Source of the DNA: Syncephalis fuscata S228
Taxonomy: Eukaryota; Fungi; Zoopagomycota
Length of the DNA: 43,517 nucleotides
Reading direction: 5' to 3'
NCBI GenBank assembly: GCA_025786725.1
Contig: JAHLTZ010000076.1
Span: forward strand, 1-43,517
The notes below the pieces were generated by a model. The model did no database searches and was not told where the DNA came from. It saw only the letters and a list, made by a program, of their open reading frames with translations. The translations under genes were made by a program, and so were the position numbers. Position 1 is the stretch's first letter, and each line of letters begins with the position of its first letter. Below, piece after piece: positions 1 through 11,307 of this stretch.

Positions 1-39
1 GTGGGACAGAATGGGAATGATATAGGTAAATGGTGGATA

Positions 40-235
40 TATGCATATGGATAACGAATCTATGATGACGAGTATTTGATGACTGATGTCACTCACCACC
101 CATCATCATGTTCAATAGATTGGGCGTTATTAAATATTAGTCATTTGTCCCCCAAAAAAGCAATAAGTGTGATGATGTGACGATTAAATAAAACTCACCA
201 CTTGTCCCCATGTTCAATAGATGAATATTAACAAA
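40..235 (+). repeat. Copy of dispersed repeat family A (ACTCACCAC...CATGTTCAATAG subunit, two tandem units ~100 nt apart)
   Basis: gatgtcactcaccacccatcatcatgttcaatagat (~86-120) and actcaccacttgtccccatgttcaatag (~193-220) match 6327-6361, the reverse complement of 6730-6862, and 33468-33500. Confidence 0.75.
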
Positions 236-614
236 AAATATTTAACACCAGAGCATATTAAATTGTTAATAAACTGTCTAATATCTACAAAAATAAAATG
301 ATCATCCAACTAGTAAGTGTAATAATATATTGTAATATCTAAATAACAATAAAATAGCGTTAGCAAAAAACAATACCTTATTAGAAGAAAGGTGAAACTA
401 TATGTATTTATACCAAGTTACACTACTCGTGTACTTTGAAAATAATAATATTCTATACCTTTTAAACTAATAGCCCGTCAGAATCTTAATCCAACTTATG
501 ACAACATAAATAATTTTGGTCAGTTTCACTAAAACACAGTCAGTTTATTATTATCAAACTAAATAGTAAATAAAACATATACTAGCACAGACACTTATAG
601 TTACTATATACATA

Positions 615-2378
615 TTAAAACAATGAGCTTAGCCTATTGATAACGCCTTTGAATCCATCGACCTGCTTGGGTAGCTGAATTGGCCGGTAGTCCATTACGC
701 GCAATGTACTGCCTTTAAGATATAGGCATCGACCAGAACCAGCCAATGTAGATGCTACCCAGGGAGTGCCATTATCTATAACTTGCCAGCGCATGGTTTT
801 TAAATTAAACAAATATCGAAATCGATTCGTTGTTAAAAGAATAATCGATGGCAGTACCGGTGTTATCAAGTAGTTTGCTGGAAGCTGCATAGGAAGCCGG
901 CGAAAAAAGTCTAAACAAACTGTAGTAGTTGCTAATTTACCAGTTGATTCATTTGACAAAAGAAATGTCGACAGTTCAGTATGATGTGGTGATGATGAAA
1001 ACACCGCTGCTGATGGCGGTAATATTGATTGGTTAGTCGGTGGATAAACTAGCTTATAGCCAGGCAATAGCCTGCTTAAACTATTTGATTTGAGATTATG
1101 TACAATAACGTATGATGTTTCGCGAAAATGTTCATCAGCACCATCGTAGTCAGCCATTTCGCACTGGCCAGTTAATAAAACGTAATGCTTATCAATTATT
1201 ATTGCATTCATTACGGTTTTTATACATCGTTTAACTTCAAGTGTGCCATGGTCCAATTTGATCATTTTTCCTTGATCGGTTAGTCCAAATATTGACCATC
1301 GTATTGCATGATTTAGTAAATGGCAATTATAAAGCCGTTTAACCTTTGTTGAAATTGCATCCGGTAAGAAAATGACACAATGATGTTCGGAAAAAGAAGC
1401 AACAGGACGCCAATAGTCACTGTGTTCTTTGTCGCAACTGTCATCTGCTCTTCATCCTGTAATAGTTGGTCAGATTCTTTATAATTCTCTACTTTTGTTT
1501 TGCTTTTACTGCTGCTGTAATAGCTTTCATTTGATTTACTTAGGTTTATAGGCTTTGATAATCCCGGATCCATATCAAGTAGGAAAGTGCGTTCAACGGA
1601 AGTAGGGACGTTGCTGTTTAGCATATTATTTCTTCTTCCTCCACCTCCTAGTGTACTCAAAAGCCAGCGGCCAGATGCAAAAGTGCGTCGTGTATCTGCA
1701 AATCCTAACGGCACCCAACGCAGTGGTTGGCGGTTGCTTATCCGCCATACAAGTAGACAGGGAGGAATACTAGGAAAGAAACGGTCACGAGGCGTGCGTA
1801 CAACTAAATAGTCGCCAGAAATAACGCCCCAAGTAGGTGCTAATAAGTGGCGGGCCACTAAGCGCGGCTGGGTAGGCGGTGGTGGCAATGCTAATTCAAT
1901 TGGGCTGGTGCCAAATTTTTTAGTAAAATATTTGACTGGTCATCTTTAATGGTGCTAGGCTGCCAATTGGAACAAGAAATAGCCGTAGTGGTCGTCCAGA
2001 AGCCACTACAGCCCATTGTTCATTGGCAGCCACTAGTTCGTACATAGAAAGCCATAGCGCAGGTAAGTTAGGATGGAGAGAATACTCGATACGTTTATCC
2101 AACTGCCATGCCCAGTACAAGCGTTTTAGTTGTATGTAGCAGCTATACCAGTCGACCTGCTCGCCGAGGTCCTCAAGTGTCAAGCCGCGGCACGCTTGCT
2201 GCCAATAAACGGTGTTTGTCTTGATAGCTTTGCGGTACCACCTATTTACGTTAGCTAATTGAACACCTATGTCTGGCGGAAGGAATGCAAGTAAAAGTAC
2301 AACAAGTTCTACAGGCAGTACTCTGGAGCCAGAAGCAGAAGTGATGTCGCTCGTAGCGACATTAGCAATAGTCGACAT
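615..2378 (-). CDS. F-box domain protein with long C-terminal region; reading frame broken at three places (~1946, ~1926, ~1448), either assembly indels or a pseudogene
   Basis: N-terminal F-box-like motif LPVELVVLLLAFLPP...LANVNRWYRKAIK...YWQQAC. The three track ORFs join into one frame if single bases are added (PLKDDQSNIFTKKFGTSPIELALPPPP; DEEADDSCDKEHSDYWRPVASF...NHAIRWSIFGLTDQGKMIKL). First ATG is at 2378; the track start at 2408 is GTG. Confidence 0.7.
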
Positions 2379-3505
2379 TGGGAAAAGAAAAACGGTTAGG
2401 CCATACACATGTACTACCCTTATTGAGCGTATTATAATATAGCATTATATTGAGCCGCCTTTCACGCGCTTAGTAACATACAGATGCATGGCTTTCACAC
2501 ATACACTATTAGCAGTCATATTATAATAAATAGACTTTATTAAATGCTATAGCTATTCAAATAATGCACAATAATATGAATGAACACTACAGTTCAAGCT
2601 GCACAAATAAACCGCAAATAAACGGGGTTTGAATAAATACCGGCTAAATTACCAATTTACTATAAACAGCAGCTCATTAATGCACATTAACATTTACATA
2701 CCACTATTATGGCTGGTCAGTTATTAATTATCTTTATCGTCATTGGTGATTAATATGCCCATTGCCGCATGCTGAATCTTATGAAATACCAAGACCATTG
2801 CTAGCGTGTGATTAGAACGCAACAGTTGATTGGCATGCAGTGGTCAGCATTGCATACTGTTCACAGCTTAATGACTCACGCAGGCTTTATTGTATATAGT
2901 AATTTATAATCAACTGTAATCTAGTAATTTGCTACTAAAATAAGCTAACTAGTCACTTAGACACTGTTTCTATTTCGGCTAAACGGTAATGCAACAATAA
3001 GCATAAAACTACATATTACCAAAACATGGCAACAATAATTGATTGCTAATTAAAACAGCATGTGGCTTATTTACGCATGTATTATCCACGCACGGTGAAC
3101 ATGCGGTATAATGCTCGGCTCAACACATTTTCAACCATCAACACAATCACTTAATACTCTGGCCACTAACTCGGAGCTGTGTAAGGTAAGATTTAGTTTA
3201 ATCAGCCAAGCAACATTATTGCGCGGATGCTATTCTATTTATACGTAGAGTAGATCCATATTATTCAGTAAAGAATGCCATTAAAATTCTTCTTTGCTAC
3301 TCTCTAATTATTTTTGGCATCATTCACTATGAAATGGTATTATTAACATTTATATGAATTTACAAGTTTAATAAAATAAACCAGTTCAAAACAATTACTG
3401 GTGACAAATACTAATTTTAGCATGAAAATAGATGAAATATATAACCAAAGCTTAACACACGATTGAATTAACTGCCAGGTCAGTAACAGTGCTGTATTAA
3501 ACAAA

Positions 3506-3923
3506 CTAACAGGCAAATGCATATTGCAGTATTGACTTTAATTCTGCTCCAGTTATTGGCTTTATATCGCTGCTATTATCCCCATTTAATAGCACGATCC
3601 AACTCATTAATTCCGCATTTCTTTGCTATTTTAGCAAAAGCGGCATTGATCCTGTTTGATGCTTGTTCGATTTGAATGCCGCTTTGTTGAATCTTTTTGA
3701 TATAACTTGCTATTTATTTGACATCAGCACTATTCAACTTTTGAATAATATTTGCAAGCCGGTTGAGTACAGCACAAATATATCTATTTGCATCCACGGC
3801 ATCTTTGATTTGCTCAAAGCTGATTGATTTTTGAAGTGCTGGCATAGGTTCGGTATCGGCCATAGTAGTACTGGCCACAAAAACGACAGCAAGGGCAGAG
3901 ATAATAGCGTAAGAGATCTTCAT
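3506..3923 (-). pseudogene. Small secreted helical protein (effector-like), disrupted by an in-frame TAA and a frameshift
   Basis: Signal peptide MKISYAIISALAVVFVASTTMA. After the TAA at 3714-3716 the frame continues IASYIKKIQQSGIQIEQASNRINAAFAKIAKKCG, then a shifted frame gives VLLNGDNSSDIKPITGAELKSILQYAFAC*. Confidence 0.6.
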
Positions 3924-4576
3924 GTTAAAAAATTTAAGAAAAGTTAGTATGATACTGTGCAGTTAAACAACAAAGGAAAACAGTTAGGTATTAGCATTTT
4001 TTGTCTTAAAAGCTCAAAGGTCATTTCTACATTCAATACCTCATGGTGCAAATTTCAAGCAATTTTTTCAGCATATGACTAACCCAATGCGTTAAATACA
4101 AATTTACTCAAGACATGCATAACCTTCGTGTATCCAACTTGACTTTAGCTTAATGTAGATTTCTTAATACCAACAGTTGCATACGCGATTACTAATGGCA
4201 TGGTGAAAGCAACATACATCAATGTTTGCTATTATTTGGTTGTTATTCATACAGCATACCTTCCTAAATATCTCATCATTTGTACCAATATGATGCTAAT
4301 GGCCAAAAGATAATAATAGTGTGCGTATTACACTGTTTATAATGATTATTTCATGTGCTAGATTATTTTTACATCAATAAAGATATGGCGTACAAACTTA
4401 AAAACTTAGAGTCATATATTAAAGCCAAGGAAAAGATATTTTATCTATACTAAAATTGTCGAGTCAGATAAACGCAACCAGATTAAAAGCAATCATTATT
4501 AACAAATGCTGCTTTTGTAGCACGGGAAGGAGCTGAAACGGAACTAAATTTGATACAAGGCTAAGCTGATTGCCAA

Positions 4577-4984
4577 TTATTGACAATGTTGTATTGAGTG
4601 AAGAAATAAACAAGATATGTGGTGCAATGCTAACTTTATATTAATGCTATTAACGCCATTTACTGGTATTTTGCTCATAACTTTGCTTATAGCTTTGCAG
4701 TATGTTGTTAAGAGTGCCACCAATACTGTTTGGCGTTTGTTAAATTTACTGGCACTTTGTTGCATGTTATCGATGCCACTTGAAATTTGGTGAATACAGC
4801 GCTTTTCAAATACTAATCTCATTTAAAGTTAGTCAAATGTATTGTTAATAAATACATAAACTCTAAAATTCTTTAATATTTGAGACGCTAGTTAATGCTT
4901 GAGGCATAGTTCTGGTATTGGTTGCAGCGGTGCTGGCCATAAAAGCAGCTACAAGAGCAGAGATAATAACATAAAAGTACTCAT
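4577..4984 (-). pseudogene. Degenerate tandem paralog of the 3506-3923 secreted protein
   Basis: Reconstructed N-terminus M(K)YFYVIISALVAAFMASTAATNTRTMP aligns with MKISYAIISALAVVFVASTTMADTEPMP; IHQISSGIDNMQQSASKFN resembles IKKIQQSGIQIEQASNRIN; several stops in between. Confidence 0.55.
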
Positions 4985-5429
4985 GTTAATAAGTTGCAGA
5001 TGTGTTGAAAAAAGGTATATTGTCAAAAGCAATAAAATAACTAGCTGCTAACAACTTTTATTTTAAAACTCCAAAAAACATATCAATACTAAATACAGCA
5101 TCCTATATGTTACATATATTTTCACTCAGCATATTATTAGTTTCACGTATCAAGTCCAACTCTACGGCGTGCACGATTTCTTACACACCTGAACTGGTAC
5201 AGCTGTTGCACCTGTATCTTAATTTATTGAAGCATGCATACAATGAGGAATCCAAAAAATGACATTATTCGCCCCTTAGTTGCTTTAATTGAGATTATGT
5301 GCTGTTATACAGTTTATTTAGTTTATTAAATAAATATAATATTAATTAGTTGGCTACATTTAATACAGCTACATTGGCACTGCTCATTTTAACAATAATA
5401 TCAATGATTTACTTATACTAGTTCCAATA

Positions 5430-6060
5430 CATTGATATTAAACAATTCACTAATAATCTAATGTAATTCGTGTTGAATGTCTACAATTAATAATATTTTT
5501 TCCATTGAACATGATGATAAGCAGTGAGTGACATCAGTGCTCAAAATACTCAGCATTATAGATTTATTATACTGTATACATTTATTTCCAATTGTAAATA
5601 CCACTATATCATTACATTTGCACAGTATTGCGCTATTACTATTTGCACTGCCTTTATTCATAGTTTATCTCATTTCTGCACCAATCTGCTTTTTTAAGCT
5701 TGTCATTCCTATTAGTGCCACATTACTTAACTTGGATACCATCAAAGTTATAGCTAACTGCCATCAACTAATTCGTCCATAATTAGCCATCAGTAATCAA
5801 AGTGCTAAATACTTTAATAAAGCAAAAGTTTACACATACCTCTAATATCGTTCTACCGATATAGCTCAATGTTAAGTGCAATGACCAAGCTTTATAGTAA
5901 TAGAACCGGAACCAAACAGACAACAGCACTAGATATCACATAGCCAATATGTAATAGAATAGTATACATTATAATGAGTATGCAATATTAAACGAGATTA
6001 GCAATGTTAAGTTATTGAGTATATATGCATGATCAATGAATGAAATTAGTCATTTATTAA
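5430..6060 (-). repeat. Diverged repeat family A copy, homologous in reverse orientation to 33060-33580
   Basis: attgaacatgatgataagcagtgagtgacatc (~5504-5535) is the family A core. 5870-6010 (aagtgcaa...aaacagacaa...tagccaatat...aatattaaacgagattagc) matches the reverse complement of 33110-33255. Confidence 0.65.
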
Positions 6061-6109
6061 TAATAAAACTAGAACAAAATAGAAATAGTTTTGAATAGAG
6101 GAAGACTAT

Positions 6110-7030
6110 TCAAGTATAGAATGATATATAAAATGGTCAATGTATTGTATGAAAGCATAAAAAGCGGTGTAAAATTTATAGTGTATATAATGTAATGAGT
6201 AGACTTAATAAGGCTTATTAGAACATATAAACAATATAATATACCCAATATGGTATAGAATAATACAAGTACATAGAATATATGCATACTGAATAATAAA
6301 GCTACAATAATGAGTATTTAATGACTGATGTCACTCACCACCCACCATCATGTTCAATAGATTGAATGTGCAGTGCAATTGCGCGAATGTTATTAAATTT
6401 AGTCATTTGACCCCAAATCACACTACATGTAATGATGTAATGATTAAATAGACAATTATAAAAATATATATATTGTTATATACCATTATATGACGGTGTA
6501 AGACGGCGTACCGCTCCGTACCGCTCCATACCGCTCCATAAGACGGTGTAAGGCGGTATAAGAAAGTATATATCACTATATACCACTATATACCATTATA
6601 TATACCATTATATACCATTATATATCACATTATAGCTTTTTTTAACTAAAATCGTTTATTGCTTAGTGTGATTTGGGGGTCAAATGACTTTTTTTTGTAA
6701 CATTCGCGTAGTTGAACTACATTTTCGTTCTATTGAACATGGGGACAAGTGGTGAGTTTGATTTAATCGTCGCATTATTACATTTATTGTGATTCGGTGG
6801 TTAAATGACTAATATTTAATAAGCCCAATCTATTGAACATGATGATGGGCGGTGAGTGACATCATCATCAAATGCTCATTATTGTAGCTTTATTATCCAG
6901 TATGCATATATTTTTCATTGTACTTTCACGCTACCATATCTTATTCTATATTATATTAAATATTACTATTCACTGTATACCCTAAAATTACTGTTTATGC
7001 TTTTCTCGTTTTATAATCATTCTAACTTAT
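6110..7030. mobile_element. Foldback/MITE-like element: two family A arms in inverted orientation around a 10-nt-unit minisatellite
   Basis: Left arm tatatgcatactgaataataaagctacaataatgagtattt...gatgtcactcacc...catgttcaatag...gtcatttgaccccaaatcacacta (6279-6425) is reverse-complementary to 6664-6910. Similarity decays outward to ~6110/7030. Confidence 0.7.
6481..6625 (+). repeat. Minisatellite of 10-nt units (taccattata, taccactata, taccgctcca/g, agacggtgta)
   Basis: Read directly, e.g. taccgctccg taccgctcca taccgctcca and tataccattata repeated. Confidence 0.8.
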
Positions 7031-7453
7031 GTCGCCCTATGCTCTAATGACATGAGTTATTAGTAAAAAATAATTGTTTATAAATATTGAATTATTGTGC
7101 TTATTATACTTACCTCTTTGTATACACTATAGCTCCGCCATCAGCATTTGTACGTGGCCTTTTGCTCATTCATCTTGTTTTATACTGTTCTGTGTTTTAT
7201 TGGTTCATTTATTAGTAAATTTGTTTTTGTTGTTACTTATTTCATTTTATATTTTAACAAAAACAAAAAACAAGATTCTAATGTCCTAGTTTACTGCTAC
7301 ATCTTTAACATAAATGAAAAGCATGGCCAAGGGAGATTGGTTAGGTTTACATTTTACATTAGATCATGTCTCAAGTAATGATTATATTATGTCGTAATGA
7401 TATTAGTAGATTAACATATTCAGCACCAATTGTAGCTTAATAGCCACATTTCT

Positions 7454-8098
7454 AATTTGTAACAACTTTTTGGCCAATAAATAAATAAATAACAATTGGA
7501 AACGAGTGTAGCAGACTACATAAGCAATTGTTTTTTAGTATACTAACCATATTATACTGCATAGCTACAGCAACAATGCATACTTATGCATAGCGGATTA
7601 ATATCAAACCTACAACTTTGCCATATGCTTTTCTGCATTTCAGTATTGCTACTGTTTGGCATTGACTGCGTATATGTAAACAATATACACGACATGTAGG
7701 CATGGTCATATCATTTGCACATAAAATAATAAGTTTATGGCTATTGATATTCACATCCATACTACTGTTTTAGTAATTATATTTGGCTATCTAAATATCA
7801 ATTAATATTTAAAGTACTCATCTGACTATTGTTTTCCATGCATTTTGTTTATTTCTTCAATATTAGTATTATTGGATATTTAATTAATCAACAAATAAAT
7901 ACTATCTTTGCTTTGATTATAGCTCAGATCTTTTGAATTAAATTCGTTGCTTTAGTCTATTGCTGCTAGACAGATGCAATATTCAGCTCTATCTATTTTT
8001 AAACTCTCACTAACTAATTATATTGTTTGCCTGTAGGCAATATTGTATGTATTGATATTACAACTTGTTTATTATTATGTAGTATTTTAAGTAAAATT
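7454..8098 (-). repeat. ~640-bp non-coding repeat B, copy 1 (near-identical inverted copy at 36097-36741)
   Basis: Continuous reverse-complement match with only a few substitutions and 1-2-nt indels. Confidence 0.92.
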
Positions 8099-8180
8099 AA
8101 AAAATATACTATAAAATATGTTATCAATTAGTTTATTTTTATACATCAAAAAGTATGTAGATGTTTTAATGAGCTATTAT

Positions 8181-8822
8181 TTATTGTCTTTCAGCAAATG
8201 CTTTTTCGCCTAGTTTGCGAATAAGCACTTGTTTTGCAAAGTATTCGCCTTGTGCCTCGCCAATCTCAATCTCAAGCTTACTTGGGCTCTCTCCTTCAAC
8301 ACCTGCAACAACACTGGCACCGTATGGACTGCCACCATACACAGCATTGGCCTTGAGCAAAGAGGGATGTCCGTTGCCAAACGATACAAATTGCAAGCCG
8401 TGGTGAGCTAAGAAAGGCAAAGTAGTAAGAATTGTTGTTTCCTGCCCACCATGCTGTGTATTGCTCGATGTAAAAAGGCCAGCTTGTTTTCCACGCAAAG
8501 CGCCCGATGCCCAAATACCGCCGCTACTATCAAGGAAAGTTTTGAATTGTGCAGGCACCATACCGAAGCGGGTGGGAAATCCAAACAATAAACCATCAGC
8601 TTCGGTCAGTTGATCAGCTTTTTCGATGACAGGCACATCTTCAGGTTTGGATGGTGCATGCATAAGAGCAAGTACTTTTTCGGGTAAAGTTTCAGCAACG
8701 CGGAACAATTTGACTTGTATACCTTCTACACGATTAGCACCGCGTTCAATCGCTTTGGCTAGCTTGTGAATATGCTCATAGGTAGAGTAGTAGACGATGT
8801 AGACGGTCGCTGAAGCGGTCAT
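8181..8822 (-). CDS. PST2: Flavodoxin-like NAD(P)H:quinone oxidoreductase, WrbA/Pst2 family; intronless
   Basis: YYSTYEH, FRVAETLP, ADGLLFGFPTRFG, QHGGQETT and GGSPYGA motifs of the WrbA/Pst2/Ycp4 family. Confidence 0.92.
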   Translation of the reverse strand: MTASATVYIVYYSTYEHIHKLAKAIERGANRVEGIQVKLFRVAETLPEKVLALMHAPSKPEDVPVIEKADQLTEADGLLFGFPTRFGMVPAQFKTFLDSSGGIWASGALRGKQAGLFTSSNTQHGGQETTILTTLPFLAHHGLQFVSFGNGHPSLLKANAVYGGSPYGASVVAGVEGESPSKLEIEIGEAQGEYFAKQVLIRKLGEKAFAERQ

Positions 8823-9258
8823 GGTAGCTGTGTGTTGTCGAGTAACATTAATAGGTAGTTTGCTGCTGCTATTTTGCTATTGATTCAAAAGTTCGTGTGT
8901 TGTTAAATAATCGATTGCCGGCTAACACAAACCATTGTCCGCGATATAAATACACGTGCTATTGAGCTGCATTTGTCAATGGAGAAAGGCGAGTGAATAA
9001 TTAACCATATGGCAGCAAACATCAATCCTGATTAAATCGTCATATTATTGGTGCATTTGTAATCTTACCGGTTTATCGTATCAAATATACAAATTATTGA
9101 CAAATAGTTTGCAAAAATTCAGCAAAACTGCTACAGATTTTTCATAGGTATCGTTTACATTTGATAACCTTTTATTAATATACTAAAACACAACAAAATG
9201 GAGTGGACTTGGCCGGATATCTTACTAAGACTGAAGCATTGCTTCTTGTATTAGTCAG

Positions 9259-10531
9259 CTACCATCGGCGAGCAATTAGTAAAAGCAACACGCTAAGTAT
9301 AACAGCAATAGCCATATCCCATTGATGCTTTGTAAATCCAAATGGAGCTGTGGGTTGGGCAAGTTCTCGATCCGCTCTATTGCGACGACCAGCTGCTGTT
9401 GCCTGTCGACGTGTGTGCCGACGCCTGATAGGTGGCGATGTTTCTCTATTAAGTTGTTCTGCTGGACTCTGTTCCGGCTGGTCAGCTACTGCTGTTATAT
9501 TAGCTGGTTCTGCCTCTGCGTTATTAATTTCCACATCTTGACTAGTCGCTGCTGCTAGAGGATTTTCGTTGTTGGCATTTACAGCCTCATCGGGCTTATT
9601 AGGAGGCGTCCTTCATATGACAGTTGAAATATCGATAAATCTTCACGAGCATCAGCCGCACTTGATGCCGTTTCATTAGCTTTTAACATCATGTAATCTA
9701 AATCTTCATCGCAATGCTCACACCGCCAATTAACCGATCTATACCATTCAGTTATTTGTTATCGGACTAGTTACCTTGAAAGCATAACCACTTACTGTTT
9801 AGCAAACGAACGTCGCTCGTCATCAGTATAGTCCAAAGCACCAATGGCCCCCTCGCCTTTAGTAGGCAAAAAGCTTATGAGCGCAAGCATCGCCGTTCTA
9901 ACTGTTTTTGCAAGTTAACGATACATATCTATATTATTAGCGTTGATAGGCGTTTTAGCTTACCTCCCCAAGCTGGCTGCCAGTATTCTGGATGATAGCC
10001 TGTAATGCTCAAACATATTTTCTTATGCAATTCAAATCTTCCATTGGGCTAAACATGGCTATTATTAGTTTTATTCAGCCACGCTATTCACTGCTTACCG
10101 TTAGCAGTATAATATTAGGTGGTTTAAATGGGTAATCGCTCGGCAATAAAAGACGTCCGTGGTATCTATTAGTAACAAATATTAGCACGTCGTTGCATTT
10201 TAGCTGTTATAGTGTTTTTAACAATTGTTTACCTGCCATCCTCGAATGCAGTTCCTTGTGTCCCGCGAATAGTAAAGTGCCATTCAAATAGATTGTCCTT
10301 TTTGATAAATTGTAAGCGATGGCTATCAATACTTTATGCCAAAAAGTGTTCTATTGCTATGACTTACCTCTAGTGGATATGCAACAAAAGCATCTGACGG
10401 TTCTTGTTGTAATTCTCGCACCTCTTGCAGCAAACGTCTTACCGCTACTCGGACCATCATTTAAGCTATAGCCATTACATTTACACTAAACACTTACCAG
10501 AGCTATTGCGATTGTACCGATTACTGGCCAT
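9259..10531 (-). CDS. UBC6: ER tail-anchored ubiquitin-conjugating enzyme E2 J1 (Ubc6 family), multi-exon; one -1 break near 9610
   Basis: Spliced translation MASNRYNRNSS-AVRRLLQEVREL...PLE-DNLFEWHFTIRG...YHGRLLLPSDYPFKPP...PNGRFELHKKICLSITGYHPEYWQPAWG-VRTAMLALISF; C-terminal TM AIAVILSVLLLLIARRW. Confidence 0.9.
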
Positions 10532-11307
10532 GCTATAGGTTGGAAATATGAAATAAAGATGAAAGCAAGTAAAACAACAACCAATGCGGTCTTACTTTCT
10601 TGTAAAGGTGAAACTAAGATTTCAGTCTCAAATCACGATAACAGCAAATCAACTCCGCTTTCATTGGTCAATTGATTAACTTTGTTTACTTAGTAGTTTG
10701 CTATTAGCAATATTGATTCTGTTTTAGCACACAAAAGCATTGTGCTTTCGTGTGTATATATATTTATAGTCTATGATATACTATGCAACACTTGGATACA
10801 AAGGCTATGGATAAACAAAACACTAATATACACGTCCAGTTTATTAAAACCCCGATAACTTTAATCTATACCCGTACAAGCAAATTACAACGCCCTTTAG
10901 TTTAGTAGTTGCCTTGTTGAACTTGCTGTTGTTTATTGTAATGTTCAATTACGTGTATATTCTCATTGTCTTATTTATGTAATCAGCATTTCATGTTTAT
11001 CAATCTATATGTCTATCAGCAATGCTTAATATTTTCAGTATGCACATTTATGTAAGTTGTATATTTATATCAGTCTATATTTGCTGCTAATAGTCTAATT
11101 TTAATTATTGATCCTTTAAGTAATCACTATTTATCTAACAAATTATTAAGATTAAGCCTTAATTATGCAAATGTAACAGATTGATTCATAATTATTTTAA
11201 AGCAATCCAGAACACTAGGATTAATTAATAACAGTAATTTTATTGATCATAATTACTTGTGAAAATATTGGCAGATTTTTTTGTCGATTTTGACTTTGTC
11301 GTTGTGA

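Noticed and set aside
85-225. Recurring ~28-nt unit with ~100-nt spacing resembling a CRISPR array
   Set aside because: Only two degenerate units per locus, spacers are homologous among loci, the context is eukaryotic and there are no cas genes.
3714-3716. In-frame TAA followed by continued coding (also ~14541 and ~32911), suggesting stop-codon reassignment
   Set aside because: Conserved genes (PST2, QTRT1, DIS3, amidase, TTI1) end at TAA at the expected positions and have no internal TAA codons.
5458-7378. Short hydrophobic ORFs of 60-85 aa in the ORF track
   Set aside because: They lie inside AT-rich repeat family A and show only the I/L/Y/F bias of AT-rich DNA.
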